This document shows, piece after piece, positions 13,091-29,370 of a DNA stretch of 64,000 nt (the first letter of the stretch is position 1; each line of letters begins with the position of its first letter). The notes under the pieces were generated by a model, which saw only the letters and a program-made list of their open reading frames with translations, searched no databases and was not told the DNA's origin. A program made the position numbers and the translations under genes. This DNA is from Eledone cirrhosa (taxonomy: Eukaryota). The stretch spans positions 35,960,001-36,024,000 of the forward strand of contig OZ024740.1 of assembly GCA_964016885.1 (NCBI GenBank), written 5' to 3'.

Positions 13091-13247
13091 AGTCATGTTA
13101 ATCATGGTTTTTGCAACAGTAGTATTAGGAATTAATACCTCAATGGGCCCGAATTTTGCAGAAGTCAAAATTTCCGTAGCTAGAATAATGAAATTGCTTG
13201 AGGAACTGCCTAGTATAGAAGACGAGTTAGGATGTGGAGAAAGACCA
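13091..13247 (+). CDS. ABCB1: ABCB1-like exon (TM12 and linker to NBD2)
   Basis: tttcAG / GTGAGT, 157 bp; VMLIMVFATVVLGINTSMGPNFAEVKISVARIMKLLEELPSIEDELGCGERP. Confidence 0.88.
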
Positions 13248-13566
13248 GTGAGTATTTTGTAAAAATTCCCTTTTTTCTTTGCTGCTAACCTTGAGTTTTT
13301 ATATTTTTACCTTTTCAGTTTGCTACTAACCTTGAATTTTAACATATACTTTTACCAACCTTTTTAATTGTTAGTTATTATGTGGATACAATTCATAGAG
13401 TAATTGGAAGAACTTAGCGCAAAGAAACTGTTAAAACAGCAAAATGCCAACAATGAGTAAAAGTTAAGGATAGAAATCAGCGGCTAGAAGTGTATTAGCC
13501 CGTAGAAATGATAGGAAGAAATGTTTGATTACTCTGCCCCCTCGACCCGCCCAGGAATAAGCGGGC

Positions 13567-13635
<69 letters not shown>

Positions 13636-13639
13636 TAAT

Positions 13640-16600
13640 GCTCTCTTTATTAACCACAAGGGTTTACCTAAAGTAGACATTAAGGACAGTACAGGACAAT
13701 ACAGGACGGTACAAATGGGCATTTCTGCGTGTAAAAAAAACAGAGGATGTAATAAAAAATAACAATGAAAAATTCCCCAATAGGGGGAGACTTCCGAAGG
13801 ACATTTGTGGAAAAAGCCCATTAAAAGGCCACAGTGACCCTGGCCACCAGGGCAAGTGCTCTCTCCCAGTTTTCCACCTTTAATTTACAGACACAGACAT
13901 TAAGGACAGTACAGGACAATACAGGACAGTACAAAAGGGCATTTCTGCATGTAAAAAAAACAAGAAGCAGAGGATGTTATAATAGAACAATGAAAAAATT
14001 TTCCCCAATAGGGGGGAGACTTCCGAGGGACATTCGTGGAGAAAGCCCATTAAAAAGCCACAGTGACCCTGACCACCAGGGCAAGTGCCCTCTCCCAGTT
14101 TTCCACCTTTAATTTACAGTCACATACTCAGAGACATTCTTGCCTCTCTCACCCATCTTTCAACAAAATGCTGGGAAGAGAGCATTTCCCTCTCTACCTT
14201 GATTTTCCTTTTCAAATGAAATTTGAAAAAGTTAATCAGGGCATCACCGAAGAGGTAAGTGCTCGTCTTCAGCCCTTTCAAACGTGTCCACCATACTATC
14301 TCTTTCGCCATGGCCACCAGACAGATAAAAACTGCCCGCCCTTCTCGGCTAAAGGAAGAGGGCGGGGCAATCCTCACGATGGACTCAGATGATAGCTGGA
14401 TCCGTCCTACACGCGACAGCAGGTGTTCGAGATAAACCCACAAGTCAGCAATGCTCGGACACTGGACGAGTGAGTGCAGGACGGTTTCGTCGCCCTGAGA
14501 GCATCTCGGACATGCCCGGCTGACGGCACCTCCATGCGTGTAGAGTTTATCCCGAACTGGCAAAGCTCCCCGGTAGCACTGCCAGGCCAGGGATTTCTGG
14601 AAGTTGTCCAAAGGTCCCGGCCCGAAAGTTCTTCCGAAGAGATTGGCTAGTTGATTTTCGTCGACGCCTAGAGTTTCCCCAAGTACGTCGTCGCTCTTCC
14701 CCTCCACTAATCCTCTATAGAACGCCAAGGTGGAGTTTCCACCGATCACATTGCCCGATTGGTCGAGGGCTGTGAGCGCCTGAAGTCTTCGCTTGACCCA
14801 GGACTGCATCTCCGTCAAGGAGACGAGCTGGGGAAAGACGCGTCTAGCAAACGGCGACCACACCTGATCACCGTCGAGGAAGAGGTGGAGATGTTGTATC
14901 CTGAGCGCGTGTCTGCGCATCATCAGCCACGGCATTCCCAGCCCTCTACGTAGCGGGTGTTGAGAGCAAATGGACTGCCTGACCATCGGAGCGCGTCCCT
15001 TCCAAAAAAGCGAAAGAGCAAACGCTCCAGCGCACTCAGGCGAGGCTTAGAACAAAGTCCGACGGTCAGGCGGTAGTAGATGACGGACGCGATGTACGTG
15101 TTAGCCACCTCCGCTCGAACTTTCAGAGATAGCTTCCTCTCCACCTATTTCTGTGGGAGAGAAGCCACCCTGCTCGGCACCTTGTCCCAGTTTTTGTCCG
15201 TCTGGAGGTCCGGACCGAACCAGACCCCTAGCAATTTAACCGGTCCGTCCGTCCAGCGCCCGACGACGCTGTGGACGGCATGGACCTGCCTCTCCAGGTG
15301 CCGAGCTGCAGGCCCACTGACTTTTCCTGGTTGATCATTGCTCCTGTTACCGCTTCGTATTCTCTTAGTGTAGTGCCGATCGCCTCGATGTGTTTGGCGT
15401 TCGACACCACTACGATGATATCGTCCCCAAATACTGACACGGATCTTCCGCATCCTAGTTCGCGCGGGATCCCCCTCAACGTCTCCAGTTTGTGCAGTAA
15501 TAGCTCGAGAGTCAATACGTACAAGAGGGACGAGAGGGGACATCCTTGGCGGACCGAGCGCATGATGTTGAACGGTTCCGAAAGGTGACCGTTCACTCTC
15601 ACCACAGAGCAGATGTCGCTGTGCATGGCAGCGATCCAGCCTCTGAAGACGGGCCCAAAGCCATCCGCTCTCAGGACTGCCGCTAGGTAACGATGATCAA
15701 CCCTATCGAAAGCTTTCGACTGATCTAAATTGATCAAGGACCCACCCGTGCCAGGTTCGCTGGCTACCCTCTCCACGATGTATCACATGAGGTGGAGGTT
15801 GTCGTGGATGGATCTGTCGGGAATGGCGCATGTCTGCGCCTCTCCCACCAACGACAAGCGCCAACCTCTTTGCTAACACCTTGACCAAAATCTTGAACTC
15901 TGTGTTTAGCAGAGTTATGGTCCTGAAATTATCTATGTTATCCCCCTTGTTCGGATCTTTTCTCATCAGCGCCACCCCTCCTCGGCTCACAGAGCTGAGA
16001 ATTCTCCCGTTCTGTTGCCAGTTGCAGTAGACGTCGGCCAAGAGGCTTCCGAACAAGTCTGGAATCTGTACGTAAAGTTCGTAGGGCAGACCATCCAAAC
16101 CAGGCGATTTACCCCTTGTGCAGCCAGTCATTGCTTCCCGTACTTCAGTGGTTGTTATCGGCTTTTTGCAACACTCCGCCTGAGTGGCCGAGAGCCACGG
16201 CAGTTCGTCGAGGTAGGCACTAAAGTCCATGCCTCGATCCGGCCCGCCGCTGCCCCCGAACAGCTGAACGAAGTGTCGCTGAAAAGCTTCACACATTTTC
16301 CCGGGATCGAGTAGCATGCGCCCGTCGGGTTCCAAAAAGACTGGATCGTGGCTTTGTTTCCACGACGCGCCTCCGCCACTCGGGCCCATTGAACAGTTTT
16401 CGTCCCCTCGTGTCTGACAGCACGCATACTAGCTCTGACAACGCAGCCTTCGTGCTTTGCATTGAAGAATTGGTCAAGAGCCAATTTCGCCGCAAGCACG
16501 TCTGTGGCGATGCCTTTGCTAAACGCCTCGTCTAATTTTCTAACTAGTTCTCCCTCTGCTCTATTTTTCTCTATTGCTAAAGCCTTACTAAACCTAATGG

Positions 16601-16797
16601 ACTCTATTCTAATCGCTCTTTTCAGAGCAAACCACCATTTGTTGTTGAGGAAGGCCCCCGTCAACGCCCGTTTAACTAGTTTGCTAATCCGGTTTCTGTA
16701 GGCCTTACGCACTGTTAATGACGCGTTTAGCTTTCAGTAGCCGGGTCCCTGTCTATGAAGCCTATCTAAGTCAACCTCACAGATCACGAATTTATGG
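13640..16797 (-). mobile_element. Tx1/L1-clade LINE, 5'-truncated, frameshifted ORF2 (RT + C-terminal zinc finger), duplicated 3' UTR
   Basis: PGYWKLN, KSPGLDGLPYELY, NLDQSKAFDRVDH, SVRQGCPLS, FGDD, CPRC..ETVLHSLVQC; AATAAA then (ATT)n tail at 13568-13639. Confidence 0.92.
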
Positions 16798-17250
16798 ACC
16801 TGATATAATAGACCTGATATAATACTGAAGGACTTTAAAAAGAGGGTATGCCTGCTAATTGATATGTCCGTTCCAATAGACAAGAATGTATCGATAAAAA
16901 CATTTGAAAAATTGAGCAAGTATAAGGACCTGGAGATAGAAATTGGAAAAATGTGGGAGTTGAGAACTAAAACAATACCAGTGGTTGTAGGCGCTCTAGG
17001 AATAATACCTAAGGGGACTAATGATTACTTATCGCAAATCCCAGGAAACCCGCGTATAGAAGAAATACAAAAGATATTACTAATGGCAACTGTCCATATA
17101 CTAATGAAGATCCTGTCAATATAAGTACATCACAGTTCTAAACACCTAAAGATGCATGTGGGTGTATGTATGTTCTTTTTTGAACATGGCGGACCTTGTT
17201 GTCTCTTGACGTCACTGGTTGTGACTTGATGATAACTCGTATGAACATAA
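16797..17250 (+). mobile_element. R4/Dong-like RLE 3' fragment
   Basis: NRPDIILKD..LIDMSVP..EKLSKYKDLEIEI..IPVVVGALG. Confidence 0.8.
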
Positions 17251-17269
17251 AGCAAGGTAAGTGAAATAA

Positions 17270-18635
17270 TCTATATAATAAAGTAAGAAGTGCGGGACTG
17301 CGTACGGTTTATTTCTTTTAAACCAGTTAGTAATATCAGTTGGAGTACTTTGAGTAAATAATGAATGAATATTACATAATTTATGTACATAATTTATGCA
17401 CTAAATGTTGATTAAATTTAATATAAATAATTTTATTGCTTATTTAAAATTGACTTCTTTTCAAAGTTTCAAATCTCTACACTTCCGGTATATCGTCGCC
17501 ACCACCACCACTTCATTTACCATATATATAGAAAGAGGGAGTGTGTGTTGAGAGAGATACTGATAGAGTGATTTTGATTTTCAACGCGCTGACGCGTATG
17601 TATGTGTATGTGGACATACATACATCTATATGTATGAGTATATAACTATTATGAGTATATAACTATAATCGCGCAAACACAAACTTACAAAAATACTCGC
17701 TCACGGACATACATTCACACAAATACACATACTTTCACACATATACATTTACACAAACACACTTTCACACATATACATTTACACAAACACACACATACAG
17801 TCATACAGTCATGATAGCGTTCGGTGAATTGGAAATGGGAGAATAAAATGAAGTACAACTTTTTATTTATTTATTAACAACACAGTTTAACTCCTTAAAA
17901 AAAAACTCATTTGTATAAACATTTAATATAATGCTTACAGAACGAAAACACTAACAAATATAATATATACAAAGGAAAGGGAAAGGAAAAAAGAAAGAGA
18001 AAAATACACAATCACGTAATACACACATCTTAGACCACAGAACAATATGCAGGAGAAAGAGTGGTAAAACGAGCCGCTACAAGAGCAAAAGATAGCAATG
18101 TAGCGAGGAACACTGGGAAACCTCTCTAATAATTTTTGAGGCAGCCAGCACGCTCACAGCGTTACCTGGGGTGATGGCGAGGCTGAGGTGCTGGAACAAC
18201 CAAGAGCCCTCACGAGCATCACCAGTTACCTCTATTTGGCGAGCCGCCAGTGAAGATAAGAACCTCGCTGTCAGTAGCCCGACTCCTCGAAACGTCTCAA
18301 ACGCCACAGGCTGGATAATGTAGTTAGCTGACAGAACACGGTATTTTAGGATTTTGTTTGGTTCAGCTGCGGATGCTGTAGCTCTCGCCCTTGCCTCTGC
18401 ATCCAGGATGTGGGAAGAGGCAAAAGAGTCACTAACTGTGACGTCCCAGGTAAGGCACCAGGCTCTTGACCAGGGGCACAGAGTAAGGCCGCCAAGTCTT
18501 TTCCCATCAATTCTGGACAACCCAGACGGTTCCAAAATTGAGGGGATGTTTGCTCGGACCAAAGCTCTTGAGTGGTAATAGGACAGTGTGTGTATGTGCG
18601 CGCGCATGAGTTTGTCAGCGTTCTTAAATTAGAGA

Positions 18636-18687
<52 letters not shown>

Positions 18688-18800
18688 ACTGTTTTTAAGT
18701 TAGACATATATATATGTGTATCCCTTTCCTTCCTTTTACACACAAACATTCATACAAATACACATACACATTGTGTGATGGCCGGGTGAACAGAAGTCCC
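17270..18800 (+). mobile_element. Possible non-autonomous Helitron remnant hosting a nested CRE fragment
   Basis: A|TCTATATAATAA 5'-like start; degenerate GGCCGGGTGAACAGAAGT 3'-like end; no clean CTAG. Confidence 0.3.
18077..18575 (-). mobile_element. CRE-like RLE non-LTR retrotransposon 3' fragment
   Basis: EPSGLSRIDGKR.GGLT..PW...LTWDVT..AE.NK..KY..QPVAFET...FQHLSLAI..GNA. Confidence 0.8.
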
Positions 18801-18829
18801 TCAAATTTATATACATGTAAATGGAGCTC

Positions 18830-18990
18830 TATTGAAGCAGTTAGAGAAGTTCAAGTATCTTGGAGCCGTGTTCACGAGTAATGGAATGCAGGAGGCTGAA
18901 TTAAGTGCAAGAATTGCAAAAGCTGATGCAGTAATGCGCCAGTCTCAGCATTCAGCAATCAGAAGAAAGGGGTAGGTGTAAAAGTCAAGC
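18830..18990 (+). mobile_element. RTE RT fragment
   Basis: EKFKYLGAVFTSNG..EAELSARIAKA. Confidence 0.6.
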
Positions 18991-19294
18991 TGCCGAAAAT
19001 GGGTGCGAATGCCTGTGCCTCGGAGATTCTGGTTTCGCTGATGGACACCACATCTATGTTTAGTGGCCTGAGATCGTTGAGCCGTTGAGCAGGTTGGAGG
19101 GTGCAATTTTGGTCGTCTGTATGTAGTTTGTTTTTGTGATGTTGGTGTGGTGTTGTTGGAGGTGATGATGGGGAAGATGATAATGGTGGCGGTGGTGGTG
19201 ATGGTGGTGGTGGTGGCGGTAGTGGTGTTGGTGATGGTGTTGGTGGTTGTGGGTGTGTGTGGCAGGGCTATGGGTGCCGTCTAGGCACAGAAAA

Positions 19295-19400
19295 CCTACA
19301 TAGCCCGAGGATCGAAGTATGGCACAGTGGATGTTCTCTTCGCTACACCCGAAGAAGCCAGAACACACTCCATTACGCCACTCCGTAGTGACTAAATAGT
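19295..19400 (+). mobile_element. Tx1 ORF1 fragment
   Basis: YIARGSKYGTVDVLFATPEEAR..SITPLRSD, homologous to ORF1 at ~220-330. Confidence 0.65.
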
Positions 19401-19403
19401 AAT

Positions 19404-19570
19404 TGTTTCTATTTTAGGCACAAGGCCAGCAATTACCCAGTACATTACTGGTACTTTATTTTATCAACCCCCGTAAAGATGAGAGGCAAAGTTAACCTCG
19501 GCGGGATTTGAACTCAGATCATAAAGGGACGTAACTCTATGCTTCAAAGCATGGAGTGTCCGACTCTCTA
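19404..19570 (-). mobile_element. SINE family 1 with 21-bp TSD
   Basis: CCGTAGTGAC(T/G)AAATAGTAAT at 19383-19403 and 19571-19591. Confidence 0.85.
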
Positions 19571-19712
19571 CCGTAGTGACGAAATAGTAATGATGCCTAC
19601 ATAGATGTTCGGTTTGGAGATCTGTAGAGAAATGTTTTCAAGGAAAACCTGAGCGAGGAGAGGATTCATAAAATTATATATTGAAACATTGCCACCTCAG
19701 CTTCTATCCTTT

Positions 19713-20080
19713 TACACACACAGGCACACATACATCACTCATGAACAGACACAGATACATACGGACATACATAGACACACATACACAGGCACACATATAC
19801 AGATACATACACACATACAGATATACACACACACATACATATACACATGCATACACAGACACACATACACACGCACATATACACAGGCGCACAGACATAC
19901 AGAAACAGACACACACCTACACACATATGTACACATGCACACACACACACATACACAGACACACTGGTACACGAAGACATACACAGACATGCATACATGC
20001 GCACATACAGAGACACATATATGCACACACATACACATATACACAGACACACACACATACACAGGCAAAAACACACACAT
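19713..20080. repeat. Degenerate (CA/TA)n low-complexity tract
   Basis: ACAC/ATAC mosaic. Confidence 0.9.
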
Positions 20081-20720
20081 TTCTTTTGCCCGATCAAATT
20101 AAACTTCGACATTTTTCAGTTAATCAAGTATTATTTCATTTCATTCGCACACAGATATACTTCACTACCTATGTACTTCTCTGTAATATATATTCTACTT
20201 TCTATTTATATGAAGTATTTCATTTTATCCTGAATCACTCTCTTCCTTATTAACACCTCCTTGTATCCACCAAACCCCTTTTCTTTAATCAAGTCTGGAC
20301 ACACATTCTTCTTACACTTCTTAAAATTTGAAACAAACAATCAGAGAACCTCTTTAAGAGACACATACGCACATACACAGACAGACTTATAAAGCTGTTG
20401 TAAAGTCAACTATTCTTCTAGTCGCCACTATCCATATATGAGAAGTAAACAGCAGAGAAGATTCTAAGTCCAATAAGACATCCTCTTCAATGCTGGTACC
20501 ACGATAAAACTACAAGGACAGATTTTTCTCTGGTTGTAGGTTCAATGTCTTAGCTGGTTTCGCACCAGCACCTGACTTACGAGTGCTTTTCGTAGTGATC
20601 ACTCTACAGGTGTGAGGATCATAAGATAGCCTGATGATCTGGTTCCTAATACAATCAAGCTGTATATGGATTCTGATAGTTTCTTATTACACATAGAAAA
20701 AGGTGTGAGTACCAAAGGTA

Positions 20721-20786
20721 CTGAAAGGTTTGAACATGGAGGTGAACAAATGTGAAACCATAGCTCTTGTAGGACAAAGTGGTTGT
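20721..20786 (+). pseudogene. 66-bp intronic duplicate of part of the Walker A exon
   Basis: 65/66 identical to 21721-21786; ends at GQSGC before GKST; no evident splice sites. Confidence 0.9.
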
Positions 20787-21444
20787 AGCCAGACAGAGGA
20801 TCGGTCTCAACTGGCAAATAATCTGATATTGTTTTCACTCTCACTGGTACCAACGCTAGCACAGCATTTTGAGAGTCTCAGTCAATGTAGTGGTTATAGG
20901 CAGGTAACTCGTGAATGTTTCTCACTCCTCTCCGTCCAACACTAAAATTAAATCAAATGAAAATCCATTAATGAAGCTGGAACCAATCATAATCACACTA
21001 AATTAGCCCGACAATTTTATGTAAATATTTACGGGACTTCAGTTCAACTTGTTGGGCCATCACTTTTTACTATCACAAAAGTCACACATATTGTTCCTCT
21101 CTTAAGCACAAATCTCTCAGCCATTTCTGTTTTCGTGATTCGGTCTATATTCCAACTCCACCCTGGGTAGGAATGTTTATGGGTAGCGTCTATTCTCCTT
21201 CTTACTCATCTCTTTTATCAGGTTATCACAGTAATAATGTTGTCCTGTGTTTTACTCCTTTACCACTTGAATTTAAATGATGTTATCCAAGTCGATAAAC
21301 TAAGTACGAAATGTAATTCAGTGTTGATGGGCAGACATGTGCTACAAAAAACTGATTTTAAGATTGTAGTGTGTCACTTGAAAGAGATTTAATGGCTGTT
21401 TCTAGCAGGAAGAGCAACACCGTAGAAACTTCCTCATTGTTGCA

Positions 21445-21616
21445 ATAATGGTCATATACTAATATATGGTATATGATCTTATTTTAATATAAAGTATATG
21501 ACCTTATACTAGTATATGGTATATGGTCTTATATTAATATGCATAAGTTATATAAACTTATACTAATATAAGATATATTATATTGATATAAGGTATATGG
21601 TCTTATACTAATATAT
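21445..21616. repeat. Degenerate tandem repeat upstream of the NBD2 exon acceptor
   Basis: recurring GGTATATGGTCTTATACTAATATA. Confidence 0.7.
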
Positions 21617-21648
21617 GATTCCATTGCTATTTTTTCTTTTTTCATTAG

Positions 21649-21846
21649 AGCACGTGTAACTCCAACGTTCAGTTTAAGGATGTTGAATTTTACTATCCAA
21701 GCCGTCCAAATATAACAATTCTGAAAGGTTTGAGCATGGAGGTGAACAAATGTGAAACCATAGCTCTTGTAGGACAAAGTGGTTGTGGAAAAAGTACCTG
21801 TATACAGTTAATTGAGAAGTTTTACCATGCTAATAAAGGAACAGTG
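21649..21846 (+). CDS. ABCB1: ABCB1-like exon (NBD2 A-loop, Walker A)
   Basis: ttAG / GTACGT, 198 bp; STCNSNVQFKDVEFYYPSRPNITILKGLSMEVNKCETIALVGQSGCGKSTCIQLIEKFYHANKGTV. Confidence 0.95.
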
Positions 21847-21956
21847 GTACGTATTCTAGTTTCTAATATATCTACGTCATCTGCCGTGTTTCTCGCGATA
21901 ATTTACTAGATAAATGGAAAAATATTAAGTATTGTCTGTGTAGAGAAAAACATTAA

Positions 21957-22183
21957 CCCTTTAGCATTTACATTCCTCTATATATATATATACTATTGTA
22001 TTTTTGTGGTAAAGGCTTTATCTTACATAATTATCTCACACAATATCGAATCTATGAGATTTTGATGTTATTTATTTTGAGAACAATACCTTAATGTCAG
22101 TATGAGCGGGCAGTTATGGCCAGTTTGAACAGAAAGAGGTGAGAAAATTCTGGCCGAATATGGCCGGTTTAAATGCTAAAGGG
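21957..22183. mobile_element. piggyBac-type MITE
   Basis: TTAA|CCCTTTAGCATTTA ... TAAATGCTAAAGGG|TTAA: 14-bp TIRs, CCC ends, TTAA TSD. Confidence 0.85.
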
Positions 22184-22504
22184 TTAAGAGTCTCTTCACG
22201 TTTACATTTTGTCATGCAAAGAATGAGCAATGTCTCAGCGAATTCATAAAATAGATACAAACATTAATAAATTCATTAATTTTAATAATTAATTATAAAA
22301 CAAATAAAGATGGAAGAAATTTTGTCCCAATAGTTTCATCAGTTGCCGAGTAATAGCATCCACTGAAGTTTAGGTGTTGATGCAAACAAATCTTAAAATT
22401 AAAAATTAACAAATTAAGAATGCGTTACACCTTAGATATGAGTTAAATGGAAATATTAACTAGGTTTATCCTAGTCCATGGCCAGTTGAAATTAAACAAA
22501 TATA

Positions 22505-22690
22505 TTACTGTTTCTACTTTTGGCACAAGGGCAGCAATAACCAGTACATTACTGGTACTTTATTTTATCGACCCCGTAAGGATGAAAGGCAAAGTTAACC
22601 TCGACGGGATTTGAACTCAGAACGCAAAGGGCCATAACTATGATGCAAAGCATGATGTCTAACGCTCTACTGATACTGCCAATCCACCGC
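22505..22690 (-). mobile_element. SINE family 1
   Basis: matches consensus. Confidence 0.8.
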
Positions 22691-23043
22691 CTGTCTCTAT
22701 TAAGATGACATTTGAACAATGTTAGAAGATAAAGAGAGACAACAATCATTTTTGGAGTTCCTTTCAAACGGATGAAGCCAAAGTGGTTAATGTTTAGCTT
22801 GTTCTGTAGTTTGATGCCTTTATGTAAATAGAAAGTAGGACAGATTCTATTTTATGCGGAGGACGGTTGAAGAGGGTTTAGTGTTGGTTTTCGGATAAGA
22901 AAGAAAAGAATACAGCTGTATTTGATGAGATGCAATGGAGATGGAAGGGAGCCAGCTAGCAGTAGCGATAAAAACAGCAGAAAGAAAATACACTTCATCA
23001 GTATATGATAGTGGTTGTAGGAGCTATTGTATAGTGTATGTGA

Positions 23044-23180
23044 AAGCGCATGGCTTAGTGGTTAGAGCATTGGGCTTGCAATCGAAAGGTTGTGAGTTCA
23101 ATTATCAGACCGGGTGATGTGTTGTTTCCTTGAGCAAGACACTTTATTTCACGTTGCTCCAGTTTACTCAGCTGTATAAT
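23044..23180 (+). mobile_element. CORE-like SINE family 2
   Basis: TGGCTTAGTGGTTAGAGC, GAGTTCAA, TCCTTGAGCAAGACACTT. Confidence 0.7.
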
Positions 23181-23229
23181 TGAGATGATAGGACTGGGGT
23201 CCCTATCATTAAATTACCCAAGACACCTC

Positions 23230-23710
23230 CAACGAGATATACCTTGGAGGAGGCTAGGTGTGAGCTGTCACACGCACACACACGTAGTGGGAGCTATTGA
23301 ATGTCTCTTTAAACTTCCTTGATATTTGCAGATCGTGGCATATGTGGCATTGATAAAGAGGAACTGGCTGGTATGCTCTTAAATCCAGTCACTGACAGGC
23401 AGATTCAGTCACAAACTGTACAAGTAGAAAAAGTTCCATTAATTTCATATTCCCTTACTGGCCGTTTTTTTTTCTTATATTCCTCTTAATATTTACTTGC
23501 ATTAGTCTGTTTTGCTCAAAGGCTTTCACATCATCATATATTTTTGATCGCCAAGTAGAGCGATCCACTGTGAGACTTTCCAGGTTTCTGGAGTCAATTT
23601 CTACATTCTTTAAGTTCTCCTTCAATGTATCCTTCAACCTTTTCCTTGACTTACTCTGTTTACTTTTCCCCTGAGCAAGTTCCCCATAAAACAGTTGCTT
23701 AGGGATACAC
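23230..23710 (-). mobile_element. RTE (BovB-like) 3' fragment
   Basis: PKQLFYGELAQG..KRLKDTLKENLK..DRSTWRSKI. Confidence 0.75.
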
Positions 23711-23883
23711 TAAAGTAAACTGTTTTAAATAAATTTCTACATCTAATTTAATATAAATGTTTTGTCATGTAAAGATTGGTTTTATTTTTTTAATTTCTTT
23801 TCAGAGATTTCTGGTAGTTTCATTCGAATATATTGAATATTCAGAATATTTTAACATAATAAATTATTTTTCTGTGATTTCAG

Positions 23884-24090
23884 TTTCTTGACGGCAAAGA
23901 TCTGAACGAATTAAACACTAAATGGCTCCGTCAACAGATTGCCGTTGTCTCACAGGAACCAGTTCTATTTTCCTCTTCAATCCAAGAAAATATTGCTTAT
24001 GGAGATTTGTCGAGGACAGTAACATTTGATGAAATTGTTAATGCTGCTCAGAAAGCAAATGCCCATTATTTCATAGACTCTCTACCCGAG
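23884..24090 (+). CDS. ABCB1: ABCB1-like exon (NBD2 Q-loop)
   Basis: tttcAG / GTGAGT, 207 bp; [69 protein letters not shown]. Confidence 0.95.
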
Positions 24091-24136
24091 GTGAGTTTAT
24101 TCTTCTCTTCACTGATTTACTGGCGGGTTTTATAAC

Positions 24137-24572
24137 AATAATTGTTTCTACTTTTGGCACAAGGCCAGCAATTACCCAGTGCATTACTGGTACTTTAGTT
24201 TATCGACCCCGTAAGGTTGAAAGGCAAAGTTAACCTCGGTGGGATTTGAACTCATAATGACAAGGGTCGAAACTCTATGCGTCAAAGCATGGCATCCGAC
24301 CCTCTACCGATACTGCCAATCCACCACCCTTATATAATAATAATAATAATTTTATAATAATAATAATGGTTTCTTATATAGGCACTAGGTCCTCAATTTT
24401 AGGGGAGGGGAAAGTCGATTAAATCGACCCCCGTGCGTGACTGGTACTTTATTTTATCGACCCCGTAAGGATGAAAGGCAAAGTTAACCTTGGCGGGATT
24501 TGGACTCAGATCATAAAGGGCCATAACTCCTATGCTGCAAAGCAAGGTGTCTGACGCTCTACCGATACTGCC
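24137..24572 (-). mobile_element. Two tandem SINE family 1 copies separated by (AAT)-rich tails
   Basis: consensus matches at 24137-24330 and 24365-24572. Confidence 0.8.
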
Positions 24573-24619
24573 ATAATAATAATAATAATAATAATAACAA
24601 TGATGATGATAATAATAAT

Positions 24620-28200
<3,581 letters not shown>

Positions 28201-28470
28201 TCCAAATGATAAATTATGAAAGTTTAGGCATAACGTACACACAAGAAATGATAAATACACATGGGCAAGGGGAATATCTATATTGTAAAACTGATCTTGG
28301 AACATTCCATAGATTTTTCAAGAATTTTAGATTATATTTTGAGAGATTAAGAAAGGTAGAATGCATTTAAATGTTGTATATGTGTTGGTAAAATGATTAA
28401 TATTAATAAAACGGGATTACATGCTACTGATATTTATTTACATTTACACATTAATAATTTTATTATTTAG

Positions 28471-28617
28471 GGTTATAAAACTAAAGCTGGAGGGAAAGGA
28501 TCACAGTTAAGCGGAGGACAGAAACAACGAATTGCTATTGCTCGAGCATTGATAAGAAATCCAAAAATATTGCTTTTGGACGAGGCGACGTCTGCTCTTG
28601 ATAGTGAAACGGAAAAG
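28471..28617 (+). CDS. ABCB1: ABCB1-like exon (signature LSGGQ, Walker B, D-loop)
   Basis: tttAG / GTATAT, 147 bp; [49 protein letters not shown]. Confidence 0.95.
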
Positions 28618-28879
28618 GTATATATTTTATCCTCTCTCTCTTTCTATCTTTCACTTTTAACTCAGAGATTTTCATTTGCACATATTTTGCCAAAAAGTTC
28701 TTAGTGCTCTTATTCATTCTAATGTTTTGTGTTACAACCGGAAAGAATGACCTTACGTATTAAGTTGTCTATACTTTCTACTCTCTTTACTTATCTTTAA
28801 CACTGTTCTCTATATGTAAATTATTAAGGACCAAACATGAGCTTATTCTAGATCCCTCATTTGGGAAGACATCTTCTGC

Positions 28880-29370
28880 GGCATGTTCTCCACCTCCACC
28901 TTAGTCGCTTCGGTCACAAACCCCGGCATCACAGCCCGCCTCGCAGAAGAACGTAAAATAAACAAATACCGGGGTTTTGTCCAGCCGCTTCCTCTTCGCG
29001 CCGGTCGCCGCCGAGATCTCAGGCGTACTTGGACTCCTTACTGCCGAGCTCCTCTGCAAGATCGGAACGTCGGCGGCCCGTCTGAGGAAGGAGCCCCGCG
29101 AGGTTGGGTGGCTGTTGCAGCGGGTGTCACTGACCATTGTCTGTGGGAATGCTTTTGCAGTCTTGTCCGCGGGACGCAGCTCTTCTTCCCCCATGCCTAA
29201 GGCCCAAAGCCCAATCACCCTCCCCATCCACCCCTCCCTCTCTCTTCTGCGACACCAGAGTTCTGGCCATCCCTCCCCTTCCCATTCTTTTTTCTTTCTT
29301 TTTATCTTTTGTTTTCTTTTCTTTTTTTATTATTGCTGTTATTATAGTTGTCATTACTATCATTATTATT
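28880..29370 (+). mobile_element. CRE-like 3' fragment with T-rich/(ATT) tail
   Basis: AEERKINKY..FAPVAAEISG..GWLLQRVSLTIVCGNA. Confidence 0.75.

Noticed and set aside
19681-20253. His/Thr-rich and Cys/Val-rich ORFs (also 12393-12856, 27047-27428, 31842-35477, 62676-63761)
   Set aside because: Translations of microsatellites or of the N gap.
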